A stretch of 64,000 bases of DNA from positions 22,816,001 through 22,880,000 of the forward strand of contig CM120641.1 of NCBI GenBank assembly GCA_051362555.1, read 5' to 3'. The notes under the pieces are model-generated. The model ran no database searches. It saw only the letters and a list, made by a program, of their open reading frames with translations, and was not told the origin of the DNA. The DNA comes from Lingula anatina. Its lineage: Eukaryota; Animalia; Brachiopoda. Positions 28,201 through 39,819 of the stretch are shown one piece after another. The position numbers and the translations under genes were made by a program. Numbering within the stretch: the stretch's first letter is position 1; every line of letters starts with the position of its first letter.

Positions 28201-31200
28201 AAATCAATTTACCACACCTAACATTCATAAAAAATGTGGAAACGCGCCCGGGTCACTTCATTAAAGCCCCCAATTTCAGCTTTAAAGATTGCCAGAAAGC
28301 ACACCTGAGAACAGGATTTGGAGAGGGGGGGGTGGAGAGAGTTTTTGCTCTATTTCTTCCTTAATAATGATACAACCACTCTTCCAGTACTTTATCCTCA
28401 CTACAAATGACCAAACACACCTACCTGACACAATATTGAAGAAAAAAATTTTTCATCCCTACCTGGCCAAAATTGAAGAAAACTGCCATATCCGGACCTT
28501 ACGAAAATCACTCAAAATCACCCAAAAATGACCCGTCAAAAATTTTTCCAAAAAGTGATGAAAATCAATTTACCACACCTGACATTCATAAAAAATGTGG
28601 AAACGCGCCCGGGTCACTTCATTAAAGCCCCCAATTTCAGCTTTAAAGATTGCCAGAAAGCACACCTGAGAACAGGATTTGGAGAGGGGGGGGTGGAGAG
28701 AGTTTTTGCTCTATTTCTTCCTTAATAATGATACAACCACTCTTCCAGTACTTTATCCTCACTACAAATGACCAAACACACCTACCTGACACAATATTGA
28801 AGAAAAAAATTTTTCATCCCTACCTGGCCAAAATTGAAGAAAACTGCCATATCCGGACCTTACGAAAATCACTCAAAATCACCCAAAAATGACCCGTCAA
28901 AAATTTTTCCAAAAAGTGATGAAAATCAATTTACCACACCTGACATTCATAAAAAATGTGGAAACGCGCCCGGGTCACTTCATTAAAGCCCCCAATTTCA
29001 GCTTTAAAGATTGCCAGAAAGCACACCTGAGAACAGAATTTGGAGAGGGGGGGGGTGGAGAGAGTTTTTGCTCTATTTCTTCCTTAATAATGATACAACC
29101 ACTCTTCCAGTACTTTATCCTCACTACAAATGACCAAACAAACCTACCTGACACAATATTGAAGAAAAAAATTTTTCATCCCTACCTGGCCAAAATTGAA
29201 GAAAACTGCCATATCCGGACCTTACGAAAATCACTCAAAATCACCCAAAAATGACCCGTCAAAAATTTTTTCCAAAATGTGATGAAAATCAATTTACCAC
29301 ACCTGACATTCATAAAAAATGTGGAAACGCACCCGGGTCACTTCATTAAAGCCCCCAATTTCAGCTTTAATGATTGCCAGAAAGCACACCTGAGAACAGG
29401 ATTTGGAGAGGGGGGGGGTGGAGAGAGTTTTTGCTCTATTTCTTCCTTAATAATGATACAACCACTCTTCCAGTACTTTATCCTCACTACAAATGACCAA
29501 ACACACCTACCTGACACAATATTGAAGAAAAAAATTTTTCATCCCTACCTGGCCAAAATTGAAGAAAACTGCCATATCCGGACCTTACGAAAATCACTCA
29601 AAATCACCCAAAAATGACCCGTCAAAAATTTTTCCAAAAAGTGATGAAAATCAATTTACCACACCTGACATTCATAAAAAATGTGGAAACGCACCCGGGT
29701 CACTTCATTAAAGCCCCCAATTTCAGCTTTAATGATTGCCAGAAAGCACACCTGAGAACAGGATTTGGAGAGGGGGGGGGTGGAGAGAGTTTTTGCTCTA
29801 TTTCTTCCTTAATAATGATACAACCACTCTTCCAGTACTTTATCCTCACTACAAATGACCAAACACACCTACCTGACACAATATTGAAGAAAAAAATTTT
29901 TCATCCCTACCTGGCCAAAATTGAAGAAAACTGCCATATCCGGACCTTACGAAAATCACTCAAAATCACCCAAAAATGACCCGTCAAAAATTTTTCCAAA
30001 AAGTGATGAAAATCAATTTACCACACCTGACATTCATAAAAAATGTGGAAACGCGCCCGGGTCACTTCATTAAAGCCGACAATTTCAGCTTTAAAGATTG
30101 CCAGAAAGCACACCTGAGAACAGGATTTGGAGAGGGGGGGGGGTGGAGAGAGTTTTTGCTCTATTTCTTCCTTAATAATGATACAACCACTCTTCCAGTA
30201 CTTTATCCTCACTACAAATGACCAAACACACCTACCTGACACAATATTGAAGAAAAAAATTTTTCATCCCTACCTGGCCAAAATTGAAGAAAACTGCCAT
30301 ATCCGGACCTTACGAAAATCACTCAAAATCACCCAAAAATGACCCGTCAAAAATTTTTCCAAAAAGTGATGAAAATCAATTTACCACACCTGACATTCAT
30401 AAAAAATGTGGAAACGCGCCCGGGTCACTTCATTAAAGCCCCCAATTTCAGCTTTAAAGATTGCCAGAAAGCACACCTGAGAACAGGATTTGGAGAGGGG
30501 GGGGGGTGGAGAGAGTTTTTGCTCTATTTCTTCCTTAATAATGATACAACCACTCTTCCAGTACTTTATCCTCACTACAAATGACCAAACACACCTACCT
30601 GACACAATATTGAAGAAAAAAATTTTTCATCCCTACCTGGCCAAAATTGAAGAAAACTGCCATATCCGGACCTAACGAAAATCACTCAAAATCACCCAAA
30701 AATGACCCGTCAAAAATTTTTCCAAAAAGTGATGAAAATCAATTTACCACACCTGACATTCATAAAAAATGTGGAAACGCGCCCGGGTCACTTCATTAAA
30801 GCCCCCAATTTCAGCTTTAAAGATTGCCAGAAAGCACACCTGAGAACAGGATTTGGAGAGGGTGGGGGGGGTGGAGAGAGTTTTTGCTCTATTTCTTCCT
30901 TAATAATGATACAACCACTCTTCCAGTACTTTATCCTCACTACAAATGACCAAACACACCTACCTGACACAATATTGAAGAAAAAAATTTTTCATCCCTA
31001 CCTGGCCAAAATTGAAGAAAACTGCCATATCCGGACCTTACGAAAATCACTCAAAATCACCCAAAAATGACCCGTCAAAAATTTTTCCAAAAAGTGATGA
31101 AAATCAATTTACCACACCTGACATTCATAAAAAATGTGGAAACGCGCCCGGGTCACTTCATTAAAGCCCCCAATTTCAGCTTTAAAGATTGCCAGAAAGC

Positions 31201-33239
31201 ACACCTGAGAACAGGATTTGGAGAGGGGGGGGGGTGGAGAGAGTTTTTGCTCTATTTCTTCCTTAATAATGATACAACCACTCTTCCAGTACTTTATCCT
31301 CACTACAAATGACCAAACACACCTACCTGACACAATATTGAAGAAAAAAATTTTTCATCCCTACCTGGCCAAAATTGAAGAAAACTGCCATATCCGGACC
31401 TTACGAAAATCACTCAAAATCACCCAAAAATGACCCGTCAAAAATTTTTCCAAAAAGTGATGAAAATCAATTTACCACACCTGACATTCATAAAAAATGT
31501 GGAAACGCGCCCGGGTCACTTCATTAAAGCCCCCAATTTCAGCTTTAAAGATTGCCAGAAAGCACACCTGAGAACAGGATTTGGAGAGGGGGGGGTGGAG
31601 AGAGTTTTTGCTCTATTTCTTCCTTAATAATGATACAACCACTCTTCCAGTACTTTATCCTCACTACAAATGACCAAACACACCTACCTGACACAATATT
31701 GAAGAAAAAAAATTTTTCATCCCTACCTGGCCAAAATTGAAGAAAACTGCCATATCCGGACCTTACGAAAATCACTCAAAATCACCCAAAAATGACCCGT
31801 CAAAAATTTTTTCCAAAATGTGATGAAAATCAATTTACCACACCTGACATTCATAAAAAATGTGGAAACGCACCCGGGTCACTTCATTAAAGCCCCCAAT
31901 TTCAGCTTTAAAGATTGCCAGAAAGCACACCTGAGAACAGGATTTGGAGAGGGGGGGGGGTGGAGAGAGTTTTTGCTCTATTTCTTCCTTAATAATGATA
32001 CAACCACTCTTCCAGTACTTTATCCTCACTACAAATGACCAAACACACCTACCTGACACAATATTGAAGAAAAAAATTTTTCATCCCTACCTGGCCAAAA
32101 TTGAAGAAAACTGCCATATCCGGACCTTACGAAAATCACTCAAAATCACCCAAAAATGACCCGTCAAAAATTTTTCCAAAAAGTGATGAAAATCAATTTA
32201 CCACACCTGACATTCATAAAAAATGTGGAAACGCGCCCGGGTCACTTCATTAAAGCCCCCAATTTCAGCTTTAAAGATTGCCAGAAAGCACACCTGAGAA
32301 CAGGATTTGGAGAGGGGGGGGGTGGAGAGAGTTTTTGCTCTATTTCTTCCTTAATAATGATACAACCACTCTTCCAGTACTTTATCCTCACTACAAATGA
32401 CCAAACACACCTACCTGACACAATATTGAAGAAAAAAATTTTTCATCCCTACCTGGCCAAAATTGAAGAAAACTGCCATATCCGGACCTTACGAAAATCA
32501 CTCAAAATCACCCAAAAATGACCCATCAAAAATTTTTCCAAAAAGTGATGAAAATCAATTTACCACACCTAACATTCATAAAAAATGTGGAAACGCGCCC
32601 GGGTCACTTCATTAAAGCCCCCAATTTCAGCTTTAAAGATTGCCAGAAAGCACACCTGAGAACAGGATTTGGAGAGGGGGGGGTGGAGAGAGTTTTTGCT
32701 CTATTTCTTCCTTAATAATGATACAACCACTCTTCCAGTACTTTATCCTCACTACAAATGACCAAACACACCTACCTGACACAATATTGAAGAAAAAAAT
32801 TTTTCATCCCTACCTGGCCAAAATTGAAGAAAACTGCCATATCCGGACCTTACGAAAATCACTCAAAATCACCCAAAAATGACCCGTCAAAAATTTTTCC
32901 AAAAAGTGATGAAAATCAATTTACCACACCTGACATTCATAAAAAATGTGGAAACGCGCCCGGGTCACTTCATTAAAGCCCCCAATTTCAGCTTTAAAGA
33001 TTGCCAGAAAGCACACCTGAGAACAGGATTTGGAGAGGGGGGGGTGGAGAGAGTTTTTGCTCTATTTCTTCCTTAATAATGATACAACCACTCTTCCAGT
33101 ACTTTATCCTCACTACAAATGACCAAACACACCTACCTGACACAATATTGAAGAAAAAAATTTTTCATCCCTACCTGGCCAAAATTGAAGAAAACTGCCA
33201 TATCCGGACCTTACGAAAATCACTCAAAATCACCCAAAA
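25262..33239 (+). repeat. Imperfect higher-order duplication: 10-monomer block (25262-28888) followed by a 12-monomer derivative (28889-33239)
   Basis: Shared ordered variants: ACAGAATT (25262/28889), CAAAATGTG+ACGCACC+TTTAATG (25624/29251), CCTAACG (26354/30339), extra A (27081/31430), CAAAATGTG+ACGCACC (27443/31792), CCCATC+CCTAAC (28167/32518). Confidence 0.85.
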
Positions 33240-36200
33240 ATGACCCGTCAAAAATTTTTCCAAAAAGTGATGAAAATCAATTTACCACACCTGACATTCA
33301 TAAAAAATGTGGAAACGCGCCCGGGTCACTTCATTAAAGCCCCCAATTTCAGCTTTAAAGATTGCCAGAAAGCACACCTGAGAACAGGATTTGGAGAGGG
33401 GGGGGTGGAGAGAGTTTTTGCTCTATTTCTTCCTTAATAATGATACAACCACTCTTCCAGTACTTTATCCTCACTACAAATGACCAAACACACCTACCTG
33501 ACACAATATTGAAGAAAAAAATTTTTCATCCCTACCTGGCCAAAATTGAAGAAAACTGCCATATCCGGACCTTACGAAAATCACTCAAAATCACCCAAAA
33601 ATGACCCGTCAAAAATTTTTCCAAAAAGTGATGAAAATCAATTTACCACACCTGACATTCATAAAAAATGTGGAAACGTGCCCGGGTCACTTCATTAAAG
33701 CCCCCAATTTCAGCTTTAAAGATTGCCAGAAAGCACACCTGAGAACAGGATTTGGAGAGGGGGGGGTGGAGAGAGTTTTTGCTCTATTTCTTCCTTAATA
33801 ATGATACAACCACTCTTCCAGTACTTTATCCTCACTACAAATGACCAAACACACCTACCTGACACAATATTGAAGAAAAAAATTTTTCATCCCTACCTGG
33901 CCAAAATTGAAGAAAACTGCCATATCCGGACCTTACGAAAATCACTCAAAATCACCCAAAAATGACCCGTCAAAAATTTTTCCAAAAAGTGATGAAAATC
34001 AATTTACCACACCTGACATTCATAAAAAATGTGGAAACGCGCCCGGGTCACTTCATTAAAGCCCCCAATTTCAGCTTTAAAGATTGCCAGAAAGCACACC
34101 TGAGAACAGGATTTGGAGAGGGGGGGGTGGAGAGAGTTTTTGCTCTATTTCTTCCTTAATAATGATACAACCACTCTTCCAGTACTTTATCCTCACTACA
34201 AATGACCAAACACACCTACCTGACACAATATTGAAGAAAAAAATTTTTCATCCCTACCTGGCCAAAATTGAAGAAAACTGCCATATCCGGACCTTACGAA
34301 AATCACTCAAAATCACCCAAAAATGACCCGTCAAAAATTTTTCCAAAAAGTGATGAAAATCAATTTACCACACCTGACATTCATAAAAAATGTGGAAACG
34401 CGCCCAGGTCACTTCATTAAAGCCCCCAATTTCAGCTTTAAAGATTGCCAGAAAGCACACCTGAGAACAGGATTTGGAGAGGGGGGGGTGGAGAGAGTTT
34501 TTGCTCTATTTCTTCCTTAATAATGATACAACCACTCTTCCAGTACTTTATCCTCACTACAAATGACCAAACACACCTACCTGACACAATATTGAAGAAA
34601 AAAATTTTTCATCCCTACCTGGCCAAAATTGAAGAAAACTGCCATATCCGGACCTTACGAAAATCACTCAAAATCACCCAAAAATGACCCGTCAAAAATT
34701 TTTCCAAAAAGTGATGAAAATCAATTTACCACACCTGACATTCATAAAAAATGTGGAAACGCGCCCGGGTCACTTCATTAAAGCCCCCAATTTCAGCTTT
34801 AAAGATTGCCAGAAAGCACACCTGAGAACAGGATTTGGAGAGGGGGGGGTGGAGAGAGTTTTTGCTCTATTTCTTCCTTAATAATGATACAACCACTCTT
34901 CCAGTACTTTATCCTCACTACAAATGACCAAACACACCTACCTGACACAATATTGAAGAAAAAAATTTTTCATCCCTACCTGGCCAAAATTGAAGAAAAC
35001 TGCCATATCCGGACCTTACGAAAATCACTCAAAATCACCCAAAAATGACCCGTCAAAAATTTTTCCAAAAAGTGATGAAAATCAATTTACCACACCTGAC
35101 ATTCATAAAAAATGTGGAAACGTGCCCGGGTCACTTCATTAAAGCCCCCAATTTCAGCTTTAAAGATTGCCAGAAAGCACACCTGAGAACAGGATTTGGA
35201 GAGGGGGGGGGGGGTGGAGAGAGTTTTTGCTCTATTTCTTCCTTAATAATGATACAACCACTCTTCCAGTACTTTATCCTCACTACAAATGACCAAACAC
35301 ACCTACCTGACACAATATTGAAGAAAAAAATTTTTCATCCCTACCTGGCCAAAATTGAAGAAAACTGCCATATCCGGACCTTACGAAAATCACTCAAAAT
35401 CACCCAAAAATGACCCGTCAAAAATTTTTCCAAAAAGTGATGAAAATCAATTTACCACACCTGACATTCATAAAAAATGTGGAAACGCGCCCGGGTCACT
35501 TCATTAAAGCCCCCAATTTCAGCTTTAAAGATTGCCAGAAAGCACACCTGAGAACAGGATTTGGAGAGGGGGGGGGTGGAGAGAGTTTTTGCTCTATTTC
35601 TTCCTTAATAATGATACAACCACTCTTCCAGTACTTTATCCTCACTACAAATGACCAAACACACCTACCTGACACAATATTGAAGAAAAAAATTTTTCAT
35701 CCCTACCTGGCCAAAATTGAAGAAAACTGCCATATCCGGACCTTACGAAAATCACTCAAAATCACCCAAAAATGACCCGTCAAAAATTTTTCCAAAAAGT
35801 GATGAAAATCAATTTACCACACCTGACATTCATAAAAAATGTGGAAACGCGCCCGGGTCACTTCATTAAAGCCCCCAATTTCAGCTTTAAAGATTGCCAG
35901 AAAGCACACCTGAGAACAGGATTTGGAGAGGGGGGGGGTGGAGAGAGTTTTTGCTCTATTTCTTCCTTAATAATGATACAACCACTCTTCCAGTACTTTA
36001 TCCTCACTACAAATGACCAAACACACCTACCTGACACAATATTGAAGAAAAAAATTTTTCATCCCTACCTGGCCAAAATTGAAGAAAACTGCCATATCCG
36101 AGCCTTACGAAAATCACTCAAAATCACCCAAAAATGACCCGTCAAAAATTTTTCCAAAAAGTGATGAAAATCAATTTACCACACCTGACATTCATAAAAA

Positions 36201-36428
36201 ATGTGGAAACGCGCCCGGGTCACTTCATTAAAGCCCCCAATTTCAGCTTTAAAGATTGCCAGAAAGCACACCTGAGAACAGGATTTGGAGAGGGGGGGGT
36301 GGAGAGAGTTTTTGCTCTATTTCTTCCTTAATAATGATACAACCACTCTTCCAGTACTTTATCCTCACTACAAATGACCAAACACACCTACCTGACACAA
36401 TATTGAAGAAAAAAATTTTTCATCCCTA

Positions 36429-36452
36429 GACTTGCCCTTCAAGAAATCGACG
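36429..36452 (+). repeat. Left terminal inverted repeat of MITE copy 1 (24 bp)
   Basis: GACTTGCCCTTCAAGAAATCGACG. The reverse complement of 37014-37037 is GACTCGCCCTTCAAGAAATCGACG (23/24 match). Confidence 0.95.
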
Positions 36453-36634
36453 GAAAATAGCTCTTTTTCAAATTTGAATGGGCACTGTAGAAAACATATA
36501 ACAGCTAAAGCTCTCAAATTAAGCACATATGTGTGATATCATGTGAATAATAAGTTCTGTAAATTTCAATCCAAGCAGTTGAGTACATTTTGAGACAGAA
36601 CGCTTTAAATGTGCAGCAAACCGTAACGCTTATC

Positions 36635-36667
36635 CCTTCAAGATCTCGACGAAAACCGGAAGTGCGT
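36635..36667 (+). repeat. Internal 33-bp inverted repeat arm of the MITE (pairs with 36981-37013)
   Basis: CCTTCAAGATCTCGACGAAAACCGGAAGTGCGT compared with the reverse complement of 36981-37013, CCTTCAAGAAATCGACGAAAACCGGAAGTGCGT (31/33 match). Confidence 0.92.
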
Positions 36668-36677
36668 CATGACGTCA
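36655..36677 (+). promoter_or_regulatory. Adjacent ETS-type (ACCGGAAGTG) and CRE (TGACGTCA) consensus motifs inside the MITE; function unproven
   Basis: ACCGGAAGTG at 36655-36664, palindrome CGTCATGACG at 36665-36674 and TGACGTCA at 36670-36677. These are motif matches only. Confidence 0.3.
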
Positions 36678-36996
36678 CTCGCTTCTACTTGGAAAGCTGC
36701 TGGGTTATTTTCCGATGAGAAATATTTCGTGGCTCATACAAATGTTCGGAAAATGACCATGCAGATAAAAGAAAATTCACTAATCAAAATTGAAACTGCG
36801 TAATTACATAGGAAAACATTGTGCATTCCTGACCTCGACTTGTCAGTGTAAACAAAGTGTACTGAACGCATCGCAAGCAAGCACGTGAATGCCGCGTTTG
36901 ATACTTTGTATCAGACGCTTCGTTTTACTTGACAACACAGTGTTTACGATGGGCATGACAGGAAAAACAGTGCAAAAAACACGCACTTCCGGTTTT

Positions 36997-37030
36997 CGTC
37001 GATTTCTTGAAGGCGTCGATTTCTTGAAGG
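36997..37030 (+). repeat. Perfect 2x17-bp tandem repeat (CGTCGATTTCTTGAAGG) at the right end of the MITE
   Basis: 36997-37013 and 37014-37030 are identical. The second unit is the inner part of the right TIR. Confidence 0.95.
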
Positions 37031-37037
37031 GCGAGTC
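37014..37037 (-). repeat. Right terminal inverted repeat of MITE copy 1 (24 bp)
   Basis: CGTCGATTTCTTGAAGGGCGAGTC, followed by the duplicated TA at 37038-37039. Confidence 0.95.
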
Positions 37038-39210
37038 TACCTGGCCAAAATTGAAGAAAACTGCCATATCCGGACCTTACGAAAATCACTCAAAATCACC
37101 CAAAAATGACCCGTCAAAAATTTTTCCAAAAAGTGATGAAAATCAATTTACCACACCTGACATTCATAAAAAATGTGGAAACGCGCCCAGGTCACTTCAT
37201 TAAAGCCCCCAATTTCAGCTTTAAAGATTGCCAGAAAGCACACCTGAGAACAGGATTTGGAGAGGGGGGGGGGTGGAGAGAGTTTTTGCTCTATTTCTTC
37301 CTTAATAATGATACAACCACTCTTCCAGTACTTTATCCTCACTACAAATGACCAAACACACCTACCTGACACAATATTGAAGAAAAAAATTTTTCATCCC
37401 TACCTGGCCAAAATTGAAGAAAACTGCCATATCCGGACCTTACGAAAATCACTTAAAATCACCCAAAAATGACCCGTCAAAAATTTTTCCAAAAAGTGAT
37501 GAAAATCAATTTACCACACCTGACATTCATAAAAAATGTGGAAACGCGCCCGGGTCACTTCATTAAAGCCCCCAATTTCAGCTTTAAAGATTGCCAGAAA
37601 GCACACCTGAGAACAGGATTTGGAGAGGGGGGGGTGGAGAGAGTTTTTGCTCTATTTCTTCCTTAATAATGATACAACCACTCTTCCAGTACTTTATCCT
37701 CACTACAAATGACCAAACACACCTACCTGACACAATATTGAAGAAAAAAATTTTTCATCCCTACCTGGCCAAAATTGAAGAAAACTGCCATATCTGGACC
37801 TTACGAAAATCACTCAAAATCACCCAAAAATGACCCGTCAAAAATTTTTCCAAAAAGTGATGAAAATCAATTTACCACACCTGACATTCATAAAAAATGT
37901 GGAAACGTGCCCGGGTCACTTCATTAAAGCCCCCAATTTCAGCTTTAAAGATTGCCAGAAAGCACACCTGAGAACAGGATTTGGAGAGGGGGGGGGGGTG
38001 GAGAGAGTTTTTGCTCTATTTCTTCCTTAATAATGATACAACCACTCTTCCAGTACTTTATCCTCACTACAAATGACCAAACACACCTACCTGACACAAT
38101 ATTGAAGAAAAAAATTTTTCATCCCTACCTGGCCAAAATTGAAGAAAACTGCCATATCCGGACCTTACGAAAATCACTCAAAATCACCCAAAAATGACCC
38201 GTCAAAATTTTTTCCAAAAAGTGATGAAAATCAATTTACCACACCTGACATTCATAAAAAATGTGGAAACGCGCCCGGGTCACTTCATTAAAGCCCCCAA
38301 TTTCAGCTTTAAAGATTGCCAGAAAGCACACCTGAGAACAGGATTTGGAGAGGGGGGGGTGGAGAGAGTTTTTGCTCTATTTCTTCCTTAATAATGATAC
38401 AACCACTCTTCCAGTACTTTATCCTCACTACAAATGACCAAACACACCTACCTGACACAATATTGAAGAAAAAAATTTTTCATCCCTACCTGGCCAAAAT
38501 TGAAGAAAACTGCCATATCCGGACCTTACGAAAATCACTCAAAATCACCCAAAAATGACCCGTCAAAAATTTTTCCAAAAAGTGATGAAAATCAATTTAC
38601 CACACCTGACATTCATAAAAAATGTGGAAACGCGCCCGGGTCACTTCATTAAAGCCCCCAATTTCAGCTTTAAAGATTGCCAGAAAGCACACCTGAGAAC
38701 AGGATTTGGAGAGGGGGGGGTGGAGAGAGTTTTTGCTCTATTTCTTCCTTAATAATGATACAACCACTCTTCCAGTACTTTATCCTCACTACAAATGACC
38801 AAACACACCTACCTGACACAATATTGAAGAAAAAAATTTTTCATCCCTACCTGGCCAAAATTGAAGAAAACTGCCATATCCGGACCTTACGAAAATCACT
38901 CAAAATCACCCAAAAATGACCCGTCAAAAATTTTTCCAAAAAGTGATGAAAATCAATTTACCACACCTGACATTCATAAAAAATGTGGAAACGCGCCCGG
39001 GTCACTTCATTAAAGCCCCCAATTTCAGCTTTAAAGATTGCCAGAAAGCACACCTGAGAACAGGATTTGGAGAGGGGGGGGTGGAGAGAGTTTTTGCTCT
39101 ATTTCTTCCTTAATAATGATACAACCACTCTTCCAGTACTTTATCCTCACTACAAATGACCAAACACACCTACCTGACACAATATTGAAGAAAAAAATTT
39201 TTCATCCCTA

Positions 39211-39819
39211 GACTTGCCCTTCAAGAAATCGACGGAAAATAGCTCTTTTTCAAATTTGAATGGGCACTGTAGAAAACATATAACAGCTAAAGCTCTCAAA
39301 TTAAGCACATATGTGTGATATCATGTGAATAATAAGTTCTGTAAATTTCAATCCAAGCAGTTGAGTACATTTTGAGACAGAACGCTTTAAATGTGCAGCA
39401 AACCGTAACGCTTATCCCTTCAAGATCTCGACGAAAACCGGAAGTGCGTCATGACGTCACTCGCTTCTACTTGGAAAGCTGCTGGGTTATTTTCCGATGA
39501 GAAATATTTCGTGGCTCATACAAATGTTCGGAAAATGACCATGCAGATAAAAGAAAATTCACTAATCAAAATTGAAACTGCGTAATTACATAGGAAAACA
39601 TTGTGCATTCCTGACCTCGACTTGTCAGTGTAAACAAAGTGTACTGAACGCATCGCAAGCAAGCACGTGAATGCCGCGTTTGATACTTTGTATCAGACGC
39701 TTCGTTTTACTTGACAACACAGTGTTTACGATGGGCATGACAGGAAAAACAGTGCAAAAAACACGCACTTCCGGTTTTCGTCGATTTCTTGAAGGCGTCG
39801 ATTTCTTGAAGGGCGAGTC
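39211..39819. mobile_element. 609-bp MITE-like element, copy 2
   Basis: Same TIRs, TA duplication, monomer position and orientation as copy 1. No internal difference seen by eye. Confidence 0.93.

Larger units (their letters stand above)
36429..37037. mobile_element. 609-bp non-autonomous TIR DNA transposon (MITE-like), copy 1, TA target-site duplication
   Basis: The empty site CATCCC-TA-CCTGGCC becomes CATCCC-TA-[GACTTGCCCTTCAAGAAATCGACG...CGTCGATTTCTTGAAGGGCGAGTC]-TA-CCTGGCC. The TIRs are 24 bp with 1 mismatch. The host monomer grows from 361 to 972 bp (+611 = 609+2). There is no transposase-length ORF. Confidence 0.93.

Noticed and set aside
36426-37039. 3-bp CTA target-site duplication (608-bp element) as an alternative boundary
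   Set aside because: Formally possible because CTA flanks both sides, but it would leave the TIRs asymmetric. GACT...AGTC with a TA duplication gives flush inverted ends. Dispersed copies would settle it.
36843-37203. 74-aa (minus) and 104-aa (plus) ORFs at each MITE right end
   Set aside because: They are chimeric across the MITE-satellite junction, run through the TIR, are too short, and show no DDE or HTH features.
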